From: a virus
Lineage: Duplodnaviria > Caudoviricetes
Reading direction: 5' to 3' (one strand)
DNA: 64,000 nucleotides
IMG/VR virus record: IMGVR_UViG_3300028805_000041
Span: 96,001-160,000 of that record
This document shows positions 38,122 through 49,495 of the stretch, piece after piece; positions within the stretch are counted from its first letter, which is position 1, and each line of letters begins with the position of its first letter. The translations under genes were made by a program, and so were the position numbers. The notes under the pieces are model-generated. The model was not told where the DNA came from and did no database searches. It saw only the letters and a list, made by a program, of their open reading frames with translations.

Positions 38122-41100
38122 ATGCAATACAAGGAAGTAGAAGGCGTGTTGAAATACAACACAAAGACTCGAAATGAGTTATTAGAACGTAATGGTGGTA
38201 AATATTTTATGTTGGATGGTCAACTTGAACATCCGATAGGTGTTGCATATGATATGCGCACAAGGAACATAAAGCATCTTACAAAAGAGATGCCGCTTCA
38301 AAAGTTTACAATTGAAGATTACTCGAATTATAGTGATAAGATAAAGTTCCAATACTTTAATGGTATTAAAGAACTTGAGGTATTCAACACCTCTGGGTTT
38401 ACCGGTGAGGATTTTATAAGGTGGCGTGGCAGATATGATGAATACATAACACTTGACACAGGTGAAAACGGAATTATCAACAAAAATCTCGGTGATGGGA
38501 CAATTATATATCACAAAGGTTTTGACAACACGGTTCAATCCGAATTACAGGACATTGGCAAGGAACTTTACAAGAATTTAGCAAAGGCATATAACAACAC
38601 GAGACCATACATTGCAGACGGAAGAAGCGAAGACGATATGGAAGCCAATCTTCTTGGCGGTGCTTTTGATGGTTTTGACGATAATGGAAAAGTAAGGGAC
38701 CCATTATCATACAAGAGCAGATTAGGAACGCGCGTTTATAATGTATATGGTGAGGGGGATGTACCAACCTCAGTTGGTTATGCCAGGACTATTGAGGACA
38801 GGCTTTCAGTTGGGAGCAAGTTCCAATCGGATTCTAACGGTGATCCGATGGTCGGGCACTATCAGACAAACGAGTTTAGTACATATACACATTCAATAAA
38901 TGGTATAAACAACTTATTGAAGAAAACGGATGAATTGTATAACAGCCACAAGATAAGAACATTGTTCGGGCGTTTCCATACATCAAATGATGATGATTAT
39001 AACACATATTTTGAGTCATTTGACAGTGCAAAGATACCAAATTTAGGAAACCCAAGAGGTAGGGGATTGTTAAAACTTGGTGTCACTGCCGGAAGAATGT
39101 ATCAAACAAACGGTTATGATGACCCGTATTGCAGGGCTTGGACATACCATCATCAGTACAGTAGGGTAAAGGATATGATAAGACCATTGCCCGAAATAAA
39201 TGAAGAAGGCAAGAGCATCTACGAGGCTAATGTAAAATACCGTTCAAGAATAAACAATTTGGAACAGGGTGGAAGGTATCTTCATGAGAATACTGTATTG
39301 CAGGATACGGGTTTTGTGAGGATAACACCAAGTTCATCCGAATTGTCAGGCAAGATGTACACAGCTGGCGGTGATTACAAATTCAATAACCCAAAAGAGT
39401 TCTCAAAATTAAAGAAATATATGTTCTCAATAGAGAACCTTGCGTGGGGTGACGGTACATCTAATAATACGAGAAACCTTTCTTCTGAACAGTTAGGACC
39501 GAACAATGGTAGGATAATGTGGTTTCCCCCATATAATCTTGACTTTAAGGAAAATGTGAATGTAAAGTGGAATTCGCAGGAGTTTATTGGTAGAGGTGAG
39601 AACATATATACGTACTCGAACACTACAAGAAAGGCAACATTGTCTTTTACCATACTTATAGACCACCCAGCACTATTGAATTCAATGGCAAGTGGAAAAT
39701 ATGATGGTGAAGAGCCTGATAAAGACCCAGAGAACGATATTCTTAGATTCTTTGCGGGTTGTCAGACACCTGACCCTGACAAGGATGTCCCTGAGACCGC
39801 ACCGCCTGACATAAGGAACGCTGAAAAGGCAGAACATAGGATTGGAGGTCCAAAACCGATAGAAGAACCAAATGTTGAAGAGAAACCGACAGTGGAAGAA
39901 AACCCAGAATCGATTGTATTCTACGTATTCTTCCCAAATAACTATTCAGGAATGTGGAACCTTGGAAATAATTTGGATAGTGCCGACAAAACAACAAGTC
40001 GTGAGAAAGAATTTATGGAGGGTGGATATGTTGACAAGGATTGGTATGAATATCTAATAAAAGGAAGCAACGCAGGAAGCCGTGGTGTAACAGAGGGTAA
40101 CGGTTATGAAATGTATATAGAACCGGATGAAAATCCAAGTGAATATAATTGGAAAGGACTGACAACAAACGAGCCTATTACAGATACTACAGATTATATT
40201 GAATCACTTAGTATAGATGAAAATGCCGACTATCTCGTTGAGCGTAAACGTGTTAAGAATCCAGAAACAAACAAAGAAAAATGGTTCAGATACAGGGTTG
40301 ATTATGATTTAAGACAGTCCGGACTTAAAACCGCATCTATTTTTGCTGAAGATAAAAAAAGTGACAGTTCATATGAAGATAGAACATCATTTGGTTTGAA
40401 TAACAGTCTTGAAGTCTTGGAAAAAGTAGGAAAAGGTGATGCAAATTATACTTTCTATGATGTTTTCTCAGCACTTTTTGATGTAAAATATTCAGGAAAC
40501 ACAAATGATACGGAAACAGGAACAGGCGATGAAACGGAAAGCAGAATAGCAAAATTGAAAAAAATATTCAGTAAGGATAGTGGTAATATAATAAACACTA
40601 TTACATTTATTGGCGGTGCCACAAGAAATGATGAAAAGAACGCACAAACTTTAGCAATAAGAAGGGGTAAAACAGTTGTTGATACAGTTAAGAGGAGACT
40701 TGAGGAAATAGGTCTCAGTGTTGGTGAACCTAAGGGATATTTTTCTGAAACGACAAATACTGCCGGCAATACCTCTACGGATGTCGGACGAGCACCATAT
40801 ACAACAATTAATTCAAGAGATGCAAAAGCCGAGAGATATGCGAGAATAGAGATAAAATACAATGCTGCCAAAATAACCAATGCAGCAAACACGGACATTG
40901 ACCCGTCAAAACTTTCGGACAGGAAAAGTGATGAGGAATACTTAGTCAGACGAGCAGGATTTGACAAGGTTGAAATAGATGACGAGATTGCGGGTATCTT
41001 GTTGGATTATTATGGTGGAGATTACGAAAAGGTTGAGGAACATCTTAAAGATGAAAATATCATTACATATGCCAAGATGAAAAGAGAATTAAAAAATCTT

Positions 41101-41871
41101 GCTGCTGAAAATGATATGGCTAAAACGTATACGCAATTCTTAGAAGATGAAAAATATAAAGATGAAATACTTGGTGACCAATCATTACCCTATAAAATTG
41201 ATTTATTAAAAAATGAAATAACAAAACTAAGAACCGTGCGTAGAACAGTCACATCAATAGATGAAATAGCGGCGGCCAATACCAACATAAGAAGATATGA
41301 TGACGAATATCGTTTCTTCAGACGTTTGGAGAAGGAGAGTCCATTGATATTCAAGAAGATAGTTGATAAGGTCAAGTATTTCAATCCTGCATTTCACTCA
41401 CTATCTCCTGAAGGTTTCAATGCGCGTCTCACATTCCTTCAACAATGTACGAGACAAGGACATACGGTTTCAGCAAGCGAAAACACAAATCTTGGTTTAA
41501 CACCAACTGCGGGTAATCTGTCATTCGGTAAAATGCCTGTATGTGTGTTGAGGATTGGTGACTTTATCAACACAAGAATAGTGATAGAATCGATGTCGAT
41601 TGATTATAAGAACGGTGATATTATGCAATGGGATTTGAATCCTGAAGGTGCCGGTGTGCAGCCGATGCTTGCAAATATAACGTTGAATGTCGTACTTCTT
41701 GGCGGTCAGTCTCTTGACGGTCCTATTAACAGATTGCAGAATGCCGTTACGTTCAATTACTATGCAAATGCGCCTGTTTATGATGATAGAGCGGACAGGA
41801 TAGTTAACAATTATGATGGCACAATAACATATAAACACTTATTTACACCATTTAAGGAAGGAGAATTTTAA
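38122..41871 (+). CDS. Large baseplate/tube-initiator-like protein with OmpA-like region
   Basis: WFPPY...W....FIGRGE.IYTY..T.R...LSF and P.C.LRIGDF...I.S.SI.Y...WD tube-like motifs; I.GGA...LAIRR..V...R..RI OmpA-like pattern. Confidence 0.65.
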   Translation: MQYKEVEGVLKYNTKTRNELLERNGGKYFMLDGQLEHPIGVAYDMRTRNIKHLTKEMPLQKFTIEDYSNYSDKIKFQYFNGIKELEVFNTSGFTGEDFIRWRGRYDEYITLDTGENGIINKNLGDGTIIYHKGFDNTVQSELQDIGKELYKNLAKAYNNTRPYIADGRSEDDMEANLLGGAFDGFDDNGKVRDPLSYKSRLGTRVYNVYGEGDVPTSVGYARTIEDRLSVGSKFQSDSNGDPMVGHYQTNEFSTYTHSINGINNLLKKTDELYNSHKIRTLFGRFHTSNDDDYNTYFESFDSAKIPNLGNPRGRGLLKLGVTAGRMYQTNGYDDPYCRAWTYHHQYSRVKDMIRPLPEINEEGKSIYEANVKYRSRINNLEQGGRYLHENTVLQDTGFVRITPSSSELSGKMYTAGGDYKFNNPKEFSKLKKYMFSIENLAWGDGTSNNTRNLSSEQLGPNNGRIMWFPPYNLDFKENVNVKWNSQEFIGRGENIYTYSNTTRKATLSFTILIDHPALLNSMASGKYDGEEPDKDPENDILRFFAGCQTPDPDKDVPETAPPDIRNAEKAEHRIGGPKPIEEPNVEEKPTVEENPESIVFYVFFPNNYSGMWNLGNNLDSADKTTSREKEFMEGGYVDKDWYEYLIKGSNAGSRGVTEGNGYEMYIEPDENPSEYNWKGLTTNEPITDTTDYIESLSIDENADYLVERKRVKNPETNKEKWFRYRVDYDLRQSGLKTASIFAEDKKSDSSYEDRTSFGLNNSLEVLEKVGKGDANYTFYDVFSALFDVKYSGNTNDTETGTGDETESRIAKLKKIFSKDSGNIINTITFIGGATRNDEKNAQTLAIRRGKTVVDTVKRRLEEIGLSVGEPKGYFSETTNTAGNTSTDVGRAPYTTINSRDAKAERYARIEIKYNAAKITNAANTDIDPSKLSDRKSDEEYLVRRAGFDKVEIDDEIAGILLDYYGGDYEKVEEHLKDENIITYAKMKRELKNLAAENDMAKTYTQFLEDEKYKDEILGDQSLPYKIDLLKNEITKLRTVRRTVTSIDEIAAANTNIRRYDDEYRFFRRLEKESPLIFKKIVDKVKYFNPAFHSLSPEGFNARLTFLQQCTRQGHTVSASENTNLGLTPTAGNLSFGKMPVCVLRIGDFINTRIVIESMSIDYKNGDIMQWDLNPEGAGVQPMLANITLNVVLLGGQSLDGPINRLQNAVTFNYYANAPVYDDRADRIVNNYDGTITYKHLFTPFKEGEF

Positions 41872-42188
41872 TGGCAACTAACAGATACAGCAAAATGGTA
41901 ACTGACGGAAAAATAGTACGTTTACCGTTAGTCTCTTTAGGTAAGAGAGAGACCGATTATTTCGAGGTATATCGAAAGAACAAGTCTTCTTTGGATAATA
42001 TTTCATATAAATATTATGATGACCCTAACTATGTGTGGATTATAATGTTAGCCAATCAGGATTATGGCTCATTGGAATACGAAATACCGGATGGTGCGAT
42101 TTTAAGGATACCTTTTCCGTTGGAGTCCGCGATTAATGAATACAATACAAAATTAGACAGAATGATGTCTATGTATGGTTTTAAATAA
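41871..42188 (+). CDS. Baseplate wedge LysM-like protein (gp53-like)
   Basis: LDNISYKYYDDP.Y.WIIMLAN...IPDGA.LRIP. Confidence 0.85.
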   Translation: MATNRYSKMVTDGKIVRLPLVSLGKRETDYFEVYRKNKSSLDNISYKYYDDPNYVWIIMLANQDYGSLEYEIPDGAILRIPFPLESAINEYNTKLDRMMSMYGFK

Positions 42189-42210
42189 ATTTTGATATTT
42201 TTGTTTTTTG

Positions 42211-45200
42211 ATGGCAAGTGCGAGAATAAATCATACTGATCCTACGGAACAACAGGGGGTCACGAATGGAAGAATTGTTTACTTTGAACCTAATGAAATA
42301 TTTGGTCTCAAGGAGGTTAGCGGTGTTGAATATGACCGTAATACTGCATATGTAAGGGATGCGGTTGGTGATAACGTAACCCTTAGGAATGAGGACCTTA
42401 CAATGAGTGTGGACCTTCAGGTGATTATACCTGATAGGACAAAGGTTTACCATAGTGGTATGGATTCAATTGTGAGTGATTCACAAACAAACAAATGGGC
42501 TTCCATAATGGGTGGAAGTCCTATAAAGGTAGAGAGAAACGGACAGACATACTATGAGTTGACCACCAATTATACTGAGGCTACATATTCTGAAGTTCGT
42601 ATGGATGGGTACAGTCAAAGAGAGATGCTAAACATAAGAAGCATCTCAATTGGTTTTGGTGCTTATTTTTATCCTGAGGTGACAATGACGATGGTTGATG
42701 TCAGGGGTTTTGCGTTAATGATGCCGTCAGAGGATTTGTTTAGACATAATATTTTAGAGGAGGTAGGAATGAAGGATACGGACGCAAAAGGTAGTTTTTT
42801 CCGCTCGTTATTCCACCTGCCGTATCCGAGATTTCTTTTAACGATAAAGGGATATTATGGCAAACCGGTAACATTTAATCTTTCAGTGTCAACATTCAAT
42901 ACATCATTTGACTCAAAGACGGGGGATTTCATTGTGACGATAAAGTTCATCGGTCATATGCTTGGTGTGTACAGTGACTTACCGTTCAATCTGTTATTGA
43001 TTGCCCCATACATTGGTTTGGACCCAAGGAACGTTGAAGTAACAAAAGAGGGAAAGGCTAACACGGGCAGATATTGGAATAGGGAGAAATTCAGATATGT
43101 TGATGGCACATATTTAAGTGGTGATGGCACTATAATGACATTTGTCGAATTCTTCCAAAGAATGACAAGCATTACCGGACAGACATCTATTGGATCTTCT
43201 GAGATTAGACACGATGAAAATGACATCGACATGTTGAATTCGTATAAGGGTTCCTTGTCATTACTTAAGAGTACTATATCTGAATTCATCGCTAATTTTG
43301 ATAAAGGAAAAAGGCGTGCTTTAACAGAATATGCAAAAAACGGTATCGTTGTATTTTACAATAATTTGTTATATAAGAATGGTTCATGCGAATTACAAAT
43401 TAATGGTGATGCAATTGATAAGTTAGATTCCGGCATTAAACTTTTCCTTAAAAACACAGGTGAGTATGCTGATAGAATAAACAGACTAATGGAGCCGCCA
43501 AAAATCGAAAGTACCGAACAAATGTTAAAAGATATGTTCTTTTGCCATAATATTTCGAAAAGAAAGGATGGTGAAAAAGATGTCTATGTGTTGATAATGA
43601 ACGACCCGCTTCATTTTTCGAATGGAGGAAATGACGTTGGAAGAAATATATTCGGTGATGATGAAACATATGACAAAATCTTAGAAATGTTTAAAGAAAA
43701 TGGCAGCAAGATAAGTAATACAATGCCATATGCATTTATAGAAGATTGGGTTAAATATTTGCTTAAAACTGAAGAAATTGTCCAAAATATTATAGATAAA
43801 AACAAGGAAGAAACAGAAAGAAATAAAAATCTTTTAACGGTGACAACATTAGGTTTCTTACCGACTGTAAGAAACATGTTCAGGATGATGTTTGCACACG
43901 TAAATGCATTTACGGAATCATTCTACGCCCTATTGGACGGTATTGAAAGAGATACTGCTGACGGAAAGAGGAGGATGTCCAACTGCGGACTCTCGATTAA
44001 CGAAACGGATATGGTGAATGGAAGCGGAAATGACGATAGTCTCGCACCGTTCCCAATGGTCTATAAACCATCTGCCGACAATAATGGTATGGAGGTATAC
44101 TATCCCGGATATTCAGACAATGAAACATTGAGAAATATACGTGAGGTAAAATATGTTGACGATTTGATTAAAACAATATTCGGCGTAAAGAGTAGTATTG
44201 ATGATATTATAAAGGAAACCGCGGATAATTCTGAAGAACTTAAGAATATGATTAGGGATCTTGAGAATAGGCTCAGTGAACACGAAAATGACCTGTATGC
44301 ACATGGTTATAATGGTGATATGGGTGGTTATAATTACTCGGATGCTAGTATAAGTCAGGGACTAAGTAAAGAACTAAAGACAAATGAGATTATTTTCTTA
44401 ATTGATCAAATAGATAGTAGTAATCCATATAGTGCGGCGGTAAATAGGTCAATGCAAATAAGTGACAGTGTCGGTTTACCGGATAAAATTTTCCCAATAT
44501 TATATATTGGTGCATTAAGGTTCTGTCTTGCCTTAATGTATTGTCGAGATGTTGATTATTTCCAAAAAACACTGAAAAGAGAGACTGAGCAATGCACAAT
44601 TCACATTAAAAATGTGACTAATGGTAAACAATATAAATCATTTAAAAAGGAAGAATTATTTAATAGTTTTAAAAGTCGTATCGTAACAACTACAAAAGGA
44701 AATAATATAGTTAGTAAAGCCGATACAAGCCTTGCTGGCTACAGTCTTGTTGCTCGTCTGTTCTCCAAACCAAAAGACCTTTTCAGTAATAATGGAAAAA
44801 CAATGAATGACAAGATAAAATTGATTAAGGAATATCCGGTTAAGATTAACAAGTTTGATTCAACAAGTAGCAGTAAAAGTCCAAATTTAATTGTAACTGA
44901 CAATTCAATAATGCGTTTTGCACATAGGAATGATTCTGTAAATGAAAAACTTAAAAACGGAAACCGCTCTAAATTTAAAAATTATAGGGGTGCTGTGGAT
45001 GAAAGAACATATTTTGGTTTGGCATATTGGAATCATTTTGACAAGATATTATATGGACCAAAGTATATATGCCAATATATGTCTGTATCAAAAAAGATAA
45101 ACGTATATACCGATGGTGGTATTATAAAAAATGGATTTGCACCGTGTGATGATACCTACAATATAACGTTTAAAACTGATAAACGATTTAATCCTTGGCT

Positions 45201-46230
45201 TGTGTGTGCAAAGGTCGGTTTAATAAAGTCTGCAAAGTTAGCACGTTATGCTAATGGTTCAGAGGAATACAAAACAATACATGGTGTGTCAAAAGATAAA
45301 GTGTATTGTTGGCCGACTATAGGTAATCATCATGTTGGGTGGTTCATTGAAGAAACCGAAACCACTGCTATGGTTGCAAACGAAAATGGCGGTGCTGATA
45401 AAAAGAAAATTAAACTCTGCACACCGGTAACAGGAGATGAAAAAAGATATAGTTTAGCCAAAAATTATTATAAAAAATGTTGTGACAATTATAATAAAAA
45501 CCCAAATGACTATTGTAAAAGCCGTTTTATGAGCACGGCCAATTTTGAGTTAGATAGAACAAAGGATAAATGGGATGTTTTATATGAACTTACTCAGGCT
45601 TTTGGTTTTTTTGACCATATAGAACAAATCGGTAACTTTAAATATAGTCCGGATAGTTGTTCCGTTTTTGAAATGGATGGCGCATCAATGGTGACATATT
45701 CATTACCGGAATTGATTGCAATATACAAATATTATCAAAAAAAATCCAACAAAACGGCAATTGAAAAAGTAAAAAATTTCTTAGACAATTGGGGAACATC
45801 TACTTATTTGAGTGACGGAAAAGTAAATAATTTGGATTTTGTTATTGAGTCTTATTTTAACGATGAAGAAGGTTCTGAATGGACAAAGGCAAATAGTTGG
45901 ACCACATTACCGGAGGATATTGTAAAAAACAAAAATACAAATACAAAGTGCATATACGTTGGGAATGGCTTTGACAATGGTGCACTTGAAGAAATTGTTA
46001 AATATTGCATTAAATCAAAAAAGAATGCCGCAAGAATTGCGTTTTTCCTTGAACGTTTTGACTTTGTGACAATAATGCCTTATTGTAATATGAAAGAATC
46101 TAAGGTACAAGTAACAAACACAAGTCCAACCGTTGGGGTAGCAAACACAAGTAAAATTACATTGACAATGACAGAAGACAAAGTAATAAATTACCTAAGA
46201 CAATTTTTCAATGGTATCTCACTTGGTTAA
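42211..46230 (+). CDS. Large baseplate hub protein (N-terminal gp27-like part)
   Basis: I.SISI...PEV.MT.VDVRG..L...F.LPYP.F.LTIKGYYG; position after LysM gene; ATG at 42211. Confidence 0.55.
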   Translation: MASARINHTDPTEQQGVTNGRIVYFEPNEIFGLKEVSGVEYDRNTAYVRDAVGDNVTLRNEDLTMSVDLQVIIPDRTKVYHSGMDSIVSDSQTNKWASIMGGSPIKVERNGQTYYELTTNYTEATYSEVRMDGYSQREMLNIRSISIGFGAYFYPEVTMTMVDVRGFALMMPSEDLFRHNILEEVGMKDTDAKGSFFRSLFHLPYPRFLLTIKGYYGKPVTFNLSVSTFNTSFDSKTGDFIVTIKFIGHMLGVYSDLPFNLLLIAPYIGLDPRNVEVTKEGKANTGRYWNREKFRYVDGTYLSGDGTIMTFVEFFQRMTSITGQTSIGSSEIRHDENDIDMLNSYKGSLSLLKSTISEFIANFDKGKRRALTEYAKNGIVVFYNNLLYKNGSCELQINGDAIDKLDSGIKLFLKNTGEYADRINRLMEPPKIESTEQMLKDMFFCHNISKRKDGEKDVYVLIMNDPLHFSNGGNDVGRNIFGDDETYDKILEMFKENGSKISNTMPYAFIEDWVKYLLKTEEIVQNIIDKNKEETERNKNLLTVTTLGFLPTVRNMFRMMFAHVNAFTESFYALLDGIERDTADGKRRMSNCGLSINETDMVNGSGNDDSLAPFPMVYKPSADNNGMEVYYPGYSDNETLRNIREVKYVDDLIKTIFGVKSSIDDIIKETADNSEELKNMIRDLENRLSEHENDLYAHGYNGDMGGYNYSDASISQGLSKELKTNEIIFLIDQIDSSNPYSAAVNRSMQISDSVGLPDKIFPILYIGALRFCLALMYCRDVDYFQKTLKRETEQCTIHIKNVTNGKQYKSFKKEELFNSFKSRIVTTTKGNNIVSKADTSLAGYSLVARLFSKPKDLFSNNGKTMNDKIKLIKEYPVKINKFDSTSSSKSPNLIVTDNSIMRFAHRNDSVNEKLKNGNRSKFKNYRGAVDERTYFGLAYWNHFDKILYGPKYICQYMSVSKKINVYTDGGIIKNGFAPCDDTYNITFKTDKRFNPWLVCAKVGLIKSAKLARYANGSEEYKTIHGVSKDKVYCWPTIGNHHVGWFIEETETTAMVANENGGADKKKIKLCTPVTGDEKRYSLAKNYYKKCCDNYNKNPNDYCKSRFMSTANFELDRTKDKWDVLYELTQAFGFFDHIEQIGNFKYSPDSCSVFEMDGASMVTYSLPELIAIYKYYQKKSNKTAIEKVKNFLDNWGTSTYLSDGKVNNLDFVIESYFNDEEGSEWTKANSWTTLPEDIVKNKNTNTKCIYVGNGFDNGALEEIVKYCIKSKKNAARIAFFLERFDFVTIMPYCNMKESKVQVTNTSPTVGVANTSKITLTMTEDKVINYLRQFFNGISLG

Positions 46231-46262
46231 AATAACAGTGGAATGTTTTTTAGTATATAGAA

Positions 46263-48599
46263 ATGGCAGGCAATGTAGAAGACATAATTAAGTTGAATGG
46301 TTATGACAATGACAATGAAACTAATGGAATGAGAGCATTAAGGCTTTCGCTGTATATGACTCTTAAGAATCTCCATGACAAATGGTTAACGTCATACAAT
46401 AGAGACAGATTCACTGTAAATGACCCTTACGAAGAAAGGAGACAGACCAAGGACAAACTATTGTTTGGTGACCCGCCAAAGAGTGAATTCAGTAATTTCA
46501 TATATGTTGACTCATTCTATAACGACATAGGTGACAGATTACTGATGAATCCCCAAACAATGTACAATTATATCAAAGACCATAGAGACTATAAAGATGG
46601 CGCAAATCTGTCCACATATCAAATAATGGCAAGATTGTGTGAGGATAATAAACTGATATTCATAACACTTCCGATTTTCAACAATTACAATGACCCGAAT
46701 TTCATTGTGAATATGTTTAGACCGACAAGTGATATGACAATGAAGGTTGGTGATATGTCCACATATCTCGTAATGTATACACACAACATTTCGCACGTAC
46801 TTCCAAATAGAGACGAAGATAAATTCAGAAATGACGGTTTTGATATTGCTGATGTTACGGGAGAAATAAGCCCTGATGCAATAACACTGTTCAAGGAAGA
46901 GGATACGGAAGAAGGAAGGGCACAAGGAAGGGATAAACTAAATGTAAAGATTCCCGCATTCGGTGTGACATTTGCGAGACAGAATCAAAGTATATTCAAA
47001 AACATTACCGTTAATATGGAATCCCCGAAATTGACGGACTATTCAATCTCAAATATGTTTAAAATTGCAAGAATGACAGGTGCGGGCGGTGCATATGAGA
47101 AGACAACACAGATGAAAACCATTGCACAGGACGCATATTCCGTGTTTGCAAATCAATCGTATACATGTACGGTTGAAATGCTTGGGTGTATGAATATAAT
47201 GCCGATGATGTATTTCCAATTGAATAATGTCCCAATGTTTCGTGGCGCGTATATGATAATAAGCGTCAAACACGACATCAAAGCGGGAAATATGACAACG
47301 AAATTCACGGGTGTCAGGGTTTCTAAGATAAGGAAAGAGTTTGTTAACAATACATTCCTCTTATCTCCGTTTGTTCAAAAACTTATTGGTAATGATGCTG
47401 AGGAAATTAAACGGGCCATCCTAAAAGAATATGGTGTAATGACAACAAGACGAAATCAAAGACTGTACAGTGAATCAGAACTCAATTCGAATATATGGTC
47501 TGCACCAAAAGATATGACAACATGGATGATACCTGAAGATTGTAAGGAGATTGATAGTGTTCGAAGTGTCTTGTCGAAAAATGTAATATGGGAAAGGGGC
47601 AAAATATATAAAGTAGGAAAGGAAGATGCTGTCGGTTTTTCTATGTATGCAGTTATATATTGGATATGTAAGGGATTCAAATCGCCATATGATGAATACA
47701 TTACTTTCTGTAGATTTGCCAATTTGAAAAACCCATTAAACGATGGTAAAGTTATGGAGAACTATTTAGGGTTTCCATTATTTAATGACTTCGATACCAT
47801 TGATGATTTGAAAGAATTCACATTTTCCGTCGGTGATGTCCTGTCTTTGAGATTGTTACATGAAGGACAAACGGTTTATTGGTATGCAATGTATGATGGT
47901 AAAAAGTTTGTTAGTGACATAATACATGATGAAAACATATTACCAAACGGATATTCAATTGAGGAAGAAGATTTTAGCAAACCAATAAAACTCTACCGTT
48001 ACAGTAGTGTGGCGTTTACACATGGTGAAATGTACAAGCAAGTATACAATGATAAGGTCAATAATATACCACCACCAATTAAAGATAACGAAATAAGTAG
48101 ACGCTTTACACTTGAGCAACTGATAGTAACAACCCATAAAAATGTCAACAACAACCCAAATAATGAGGAACGCGCACATCTTAAAGAACTGTGTGAGAAT
48201 ATATTAGACCCATTGTATGAGGCTACAAAAGCCAAATTTGGTGGAATTGAAATAACAAGTGCATTCAGAAGCAAGGCGTTAAATAAGGTTGTTAATGGTT
48301 CCGGTACTTCAGCACACCTTGAAGGATATGCGGCCGATATAAAACCCGCCAAAAAGGGAAGTGTTAACGAATTATATGACTTTATGAAACGATGGCTTGA
48401 GGACCGTGATTTTGACCAATTATTAAATGAATACAGAAGTGAAACAAGGGAACCCGGAAGACTAATTGGCAAAGTCAATCAGCATTGGGTTCATATCGGT
48501 TATAAGAATAAAGAAGGTAGACAAAAAAGGGAGGCTGCAATCTTTTATAATGATACTTATGCAAAAGGTGAGCAAACAGAAACAATTCCAAGAAAATAA
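46263..48599 (+). CDS. Baseplate hub C-terminal part fused to peptidase M15 (cell-wall hydrolase)
   Basis: VEMLG...I.P..YF.L......GAYMI.SV.H.I....MTT.F hub barrel motif; ITSAFRS..LN..V.G...SAH..G.AADI...WVHIG. Confidence 0.8.
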   Translation: MAGNVEDIIKLNGYDNDNETNGMRALRLSLYMTLKNLHDKWLTSYNRDRFTVNDPYEERRQTKDKLLFGDPPKSEFSNFIYVDSFYNDIGDRLLMNPQTMYNYIKDHRDYKDGANLSTYQIMARLCEDNKLIFITLPIFNNYNDPNFIVNMFRPTSDMTMKVGDMSTYLVMYTHNISHVLPNRDEDKFRNDGFDIADVTGEISPDAITLFKEEDTEEGRAQGRDKLNVKIPAFGVTFARQNQSIFKNITVNMESPKLTDYSISNMFKIARMTGAGGAYEKTTQMKTIAQDAYSVFANQSYTCTVEMLGCMNIMPMMYFQLNNVPMFRGAYMIISVKHDIKAGNMTTKFTGVRVSKIRKEFVNNTFLLSPFVQKLIGNDAEEIKRAILKEYGVMTTRRNQRLYSESELNSNIWSAPKDMTTWMIPEDCKEIDSVRSVLSKNVIWERGKIYKVGKEDAVGFSMYAVIYWICKGFKSPYDEYITFCRFANLKNPLNDGKVMENYLGFPLFNDFDTIDDLKEFTFSVGDVLSLRLLHEGQTVYWYAMYDGKKFVSDIIHDENILPNGYSIEEEDFSKPIKLYRYSSVAFTHGEMYKQVYNDKVNNIPPPIKDNEISRRFTLEQLIVTTHKNVNNNPNNEERAHLKELCENILDPLYEATKAKFGGIEITSAFRSKALNKVVNGSGTSAHLEGYAADIKPAKKGSVNELYDFMKRWLEDRDFDQLLNEYRSETREPGRLIGKVNQHWVHIGYKNKEGRQKREAAIFYNDTYAKGEQTETIPRK

Positions 48600-48622
48600 T
48601 TTTTTTTTGATATATTTGGAAC

Positions 48623-49243
48623 ATGCACATAGGAGTTATTGTTTCAGATGATCAAAAGATAGTTGGTTCTGTCTTTATTAAAGTTGTAAGCCCGAAAGAC
48701 TATAAGGATGACGGCTCGTATACCTTGTTTGTTGGGAAGAACACAGTCAGTGAAATTCTTCCTGACTACAATATACGATATTTAGATAAACAGATTGACG
48801 ACAGGCACTTTTGGACATTCTCAAGATACGAAAAGAGAAATATCTTCGAGGAAGATATAGACAGTTTCAAACGTTATGTATTCGAAAAGGTGTTCAAACA
48901 GGTTAAATACAAACCAATTGAAGTGTTACAAAATGACTTGTCGGATACAAAGGCACTAATTTTGTCTCTTTCAGATGAGAATAAAAAATACGCATATGTT
49001 GATGACAGGGCCATTTATGTGTATTACAATGGAACAATATACGGTTTGTCGTTTGATGAAATGGAGTATATTGGCTTCAGTAGGGAGAGAACAATACTAT
49101 TCCTGAAAAAGTATAAAAATATGACATTCATTTTCAATGACGGCTTCATAACAAACGGTGAAAAAACAATCTTAGGTTCTGAATGCAAATATATTCCATA
49201 TCTATATTTCATAACTAATTCAAGACATTTTCAGATTAAATAA
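48623..49243 (+). CDS. Hypothetical protein
   Basis: 206-aa ORF; TATATTTG at 48611-48618. Confidence 0.65.
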   Translation: MHIGVIVSDDQKIVGSVFIKVVSPKDYKDDGSYTLFVGKNTVSEILPDYNIRYLDKQIDDRHFWTFSRYEKRNIFEEDIDSFKRYVFEKVFKQVKYKPIEVLQNDLSDTKALILSLSDENKKYAYVDDRAIYVYYNGTIYGLSFDEMEYIGFSRERTILFLKKYKNMTFIFNDGFITNGEKTILGSECKYIPYLYFITNSRHFQIK

Positions 49244-49272
49244 CTATTTATAGTATAATAAGGAGTAATTAT

Positions 49273-49491
49273 ATGTTCATATTCAAGAGAGGCAACAGCC
49301 TAAAGAATGTACAATATAGTACAAAGAAAAAGAAACCGAAAAGTCTTGAACCTTTAAAAATTGCACAAAAAAAGAAAAAGGCTCAAGTGAAAATGCCAAT
49401 CAACAATGAGGTGATGGCAATCGAGGAAACGGTAGCAACGAAAAAGAACAACAAGAAAATAGAGAAAAATAAGGAAGAAGAAAATATATAA
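49273..49491 (+). CDS. Small Lys-rich protein
   Basis: 72 aa; TATTTAT at 49245-49251. Confidence 0.55.
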   Translation: MFIFKRGNSLKNVQYSTKKKKPKSLEPLKIAQKKKKAQVKMPINNEVMAIEETVATKKNNKKIEKNKEEENI

Positions 49492-49495
49492 TGTT

